64,000 nucleotides of DNA from Haliotis cracherodii (Eukaryota): NCBI RefSeq assembly GCF_022045235.1, contig NW_027266267.1, forward strand, positions 17,422,001 through 17,486,000, written 5' to 3'. The notes beneath the pieces were generated by a model, which had not been told where the DNA came from, searched no databases, and saw nothing but the letters and a program-made list of their open reading frames with translations. Position 1 is the first letter of the stretch; each line of letters starts with the position of its first letter. The position numbers and the translations under genes were made by a program. This document shows positions 63,328 through 64,000 of this stretch, one piece after another.

Positions 63328-64000
63328 TTACTTATTGTCATGGTCAGTACCTGAAAAGTATAGAACTACATGTAAGTAAACACAGATTATATGACAGGTT
63401 TTATATCACTCACAATAACATGACATGCTAAACGTGTCACATTAGGATTGAAAAGAAGACATATGCTTCGGTTTAATGCTTCTGTACATGCCCACAGTTT
63501 GCCCATGGCAATGACATACGATTCCAACCAGCAAGAGTGTTTCATGTTTTGGTTACCTTGAAAATGTGCTCCAGTGTTCTGGTATGGAGATGGTTTGATG
63601 GACTCATAGGTCACAGGGGGAGTCTCTGTGATGCCTTCATAGGTGCTTGCAACAGCTGCAGCATCCGCTGAAGATATAATTCATTACGTATTACAACAAC
63701 AAATCCGAATCACAACTCCCTTCTTCTAACTAGCACTTCAATATTACCTACACTGGAATGCTTAAACTTAAACAGTATTGGGGAAAAATGCAAAATCTAT
63801 ATCAACCTTTTGTATTCTCATAAATCTTCAACTGTGAATACGGTTGTTTTTCTGATTCCTCCAAATTTGAATACTGGACTGGTCCATTTATTTGATCTGA
63901 AACAAAACAATGTGAAAATATTGTATTGATTTTAGTGCAAAACAGTTCCATATATAATGGTAATTTCAACAAAAGGGAAACACCCAGTACCTTGTACATA
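63328..64000 (-). CDS. Gene A (partial): 3' cytoplasmic-tail exons of an IgSF receptor paralog with two ITAM-spaced tyrosine pairs
   Basis: Exons 63807-63896 (DQINGPVQYSNLEESEKQPYSQLKIYENTK), 63557-63667 (ADAAAVASTYEGITETPPVTYESIKPSPYQNTGAHFQ) and 63328-63350 (GTDHDNK*), all AG/GT bounded with phase-1 junctions and homologous to the tails of B-D. A possible end of the preceding exon lies at 63984-64000 (YKVL, positionally equivalent to YSSL). The rest of the gene is beyond the window. Confidence 0.88.

Overview
Eukaryotic, intron-rich invertebrate DNA. The repeat families look molluscan (possibly abalone-like), but that is inference. There are four assembly gaps: 10090-10239, 10511-10643, 23695-23840 and 46742-46879. 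From about 18.9 kb to the window end lies a head-to-tail array of four minus-strand immunoglobulin-superfamily (IgSF) receptor genes, which I assembled exon by exon from splice sites and intron phases. In transcription order they are: gene A (only the 3' cytoplasmic exons, 63328-64000); gene B (52764-60448; signal, 5 Ig, TM, tail; about 658 aa); gene C (34748-47729; signal, 5 Ig, FN3, TM, tail; about 759 aa); and gene D (18980-25373 plus an unresolved leader; 5 Ig, TM, tail). All four share a cytoplasmic cassette of small exons full of tyrosine motifs (ITIM-like IGYSSL/VTYESI, ITAM-spaced YxxL/I pairs, YxN, YxxM). Each paralog keeps a different subset of these tyrosines: A and C have an intact first ITAM, B and D do not. 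B and C also carry a Glu inside the TM helix. The locus looks like an invertebrate paired activating/inhibitory receptor cluster with shuffled, divergent ectodomains. The rest of the window is Tc1/mariner relics, MITEs, two SINE-like families, a non-LTR RT fragment and tandem repeats. Several of the tandem repeats are anchored exactly on exon junctions of the receptor genes.
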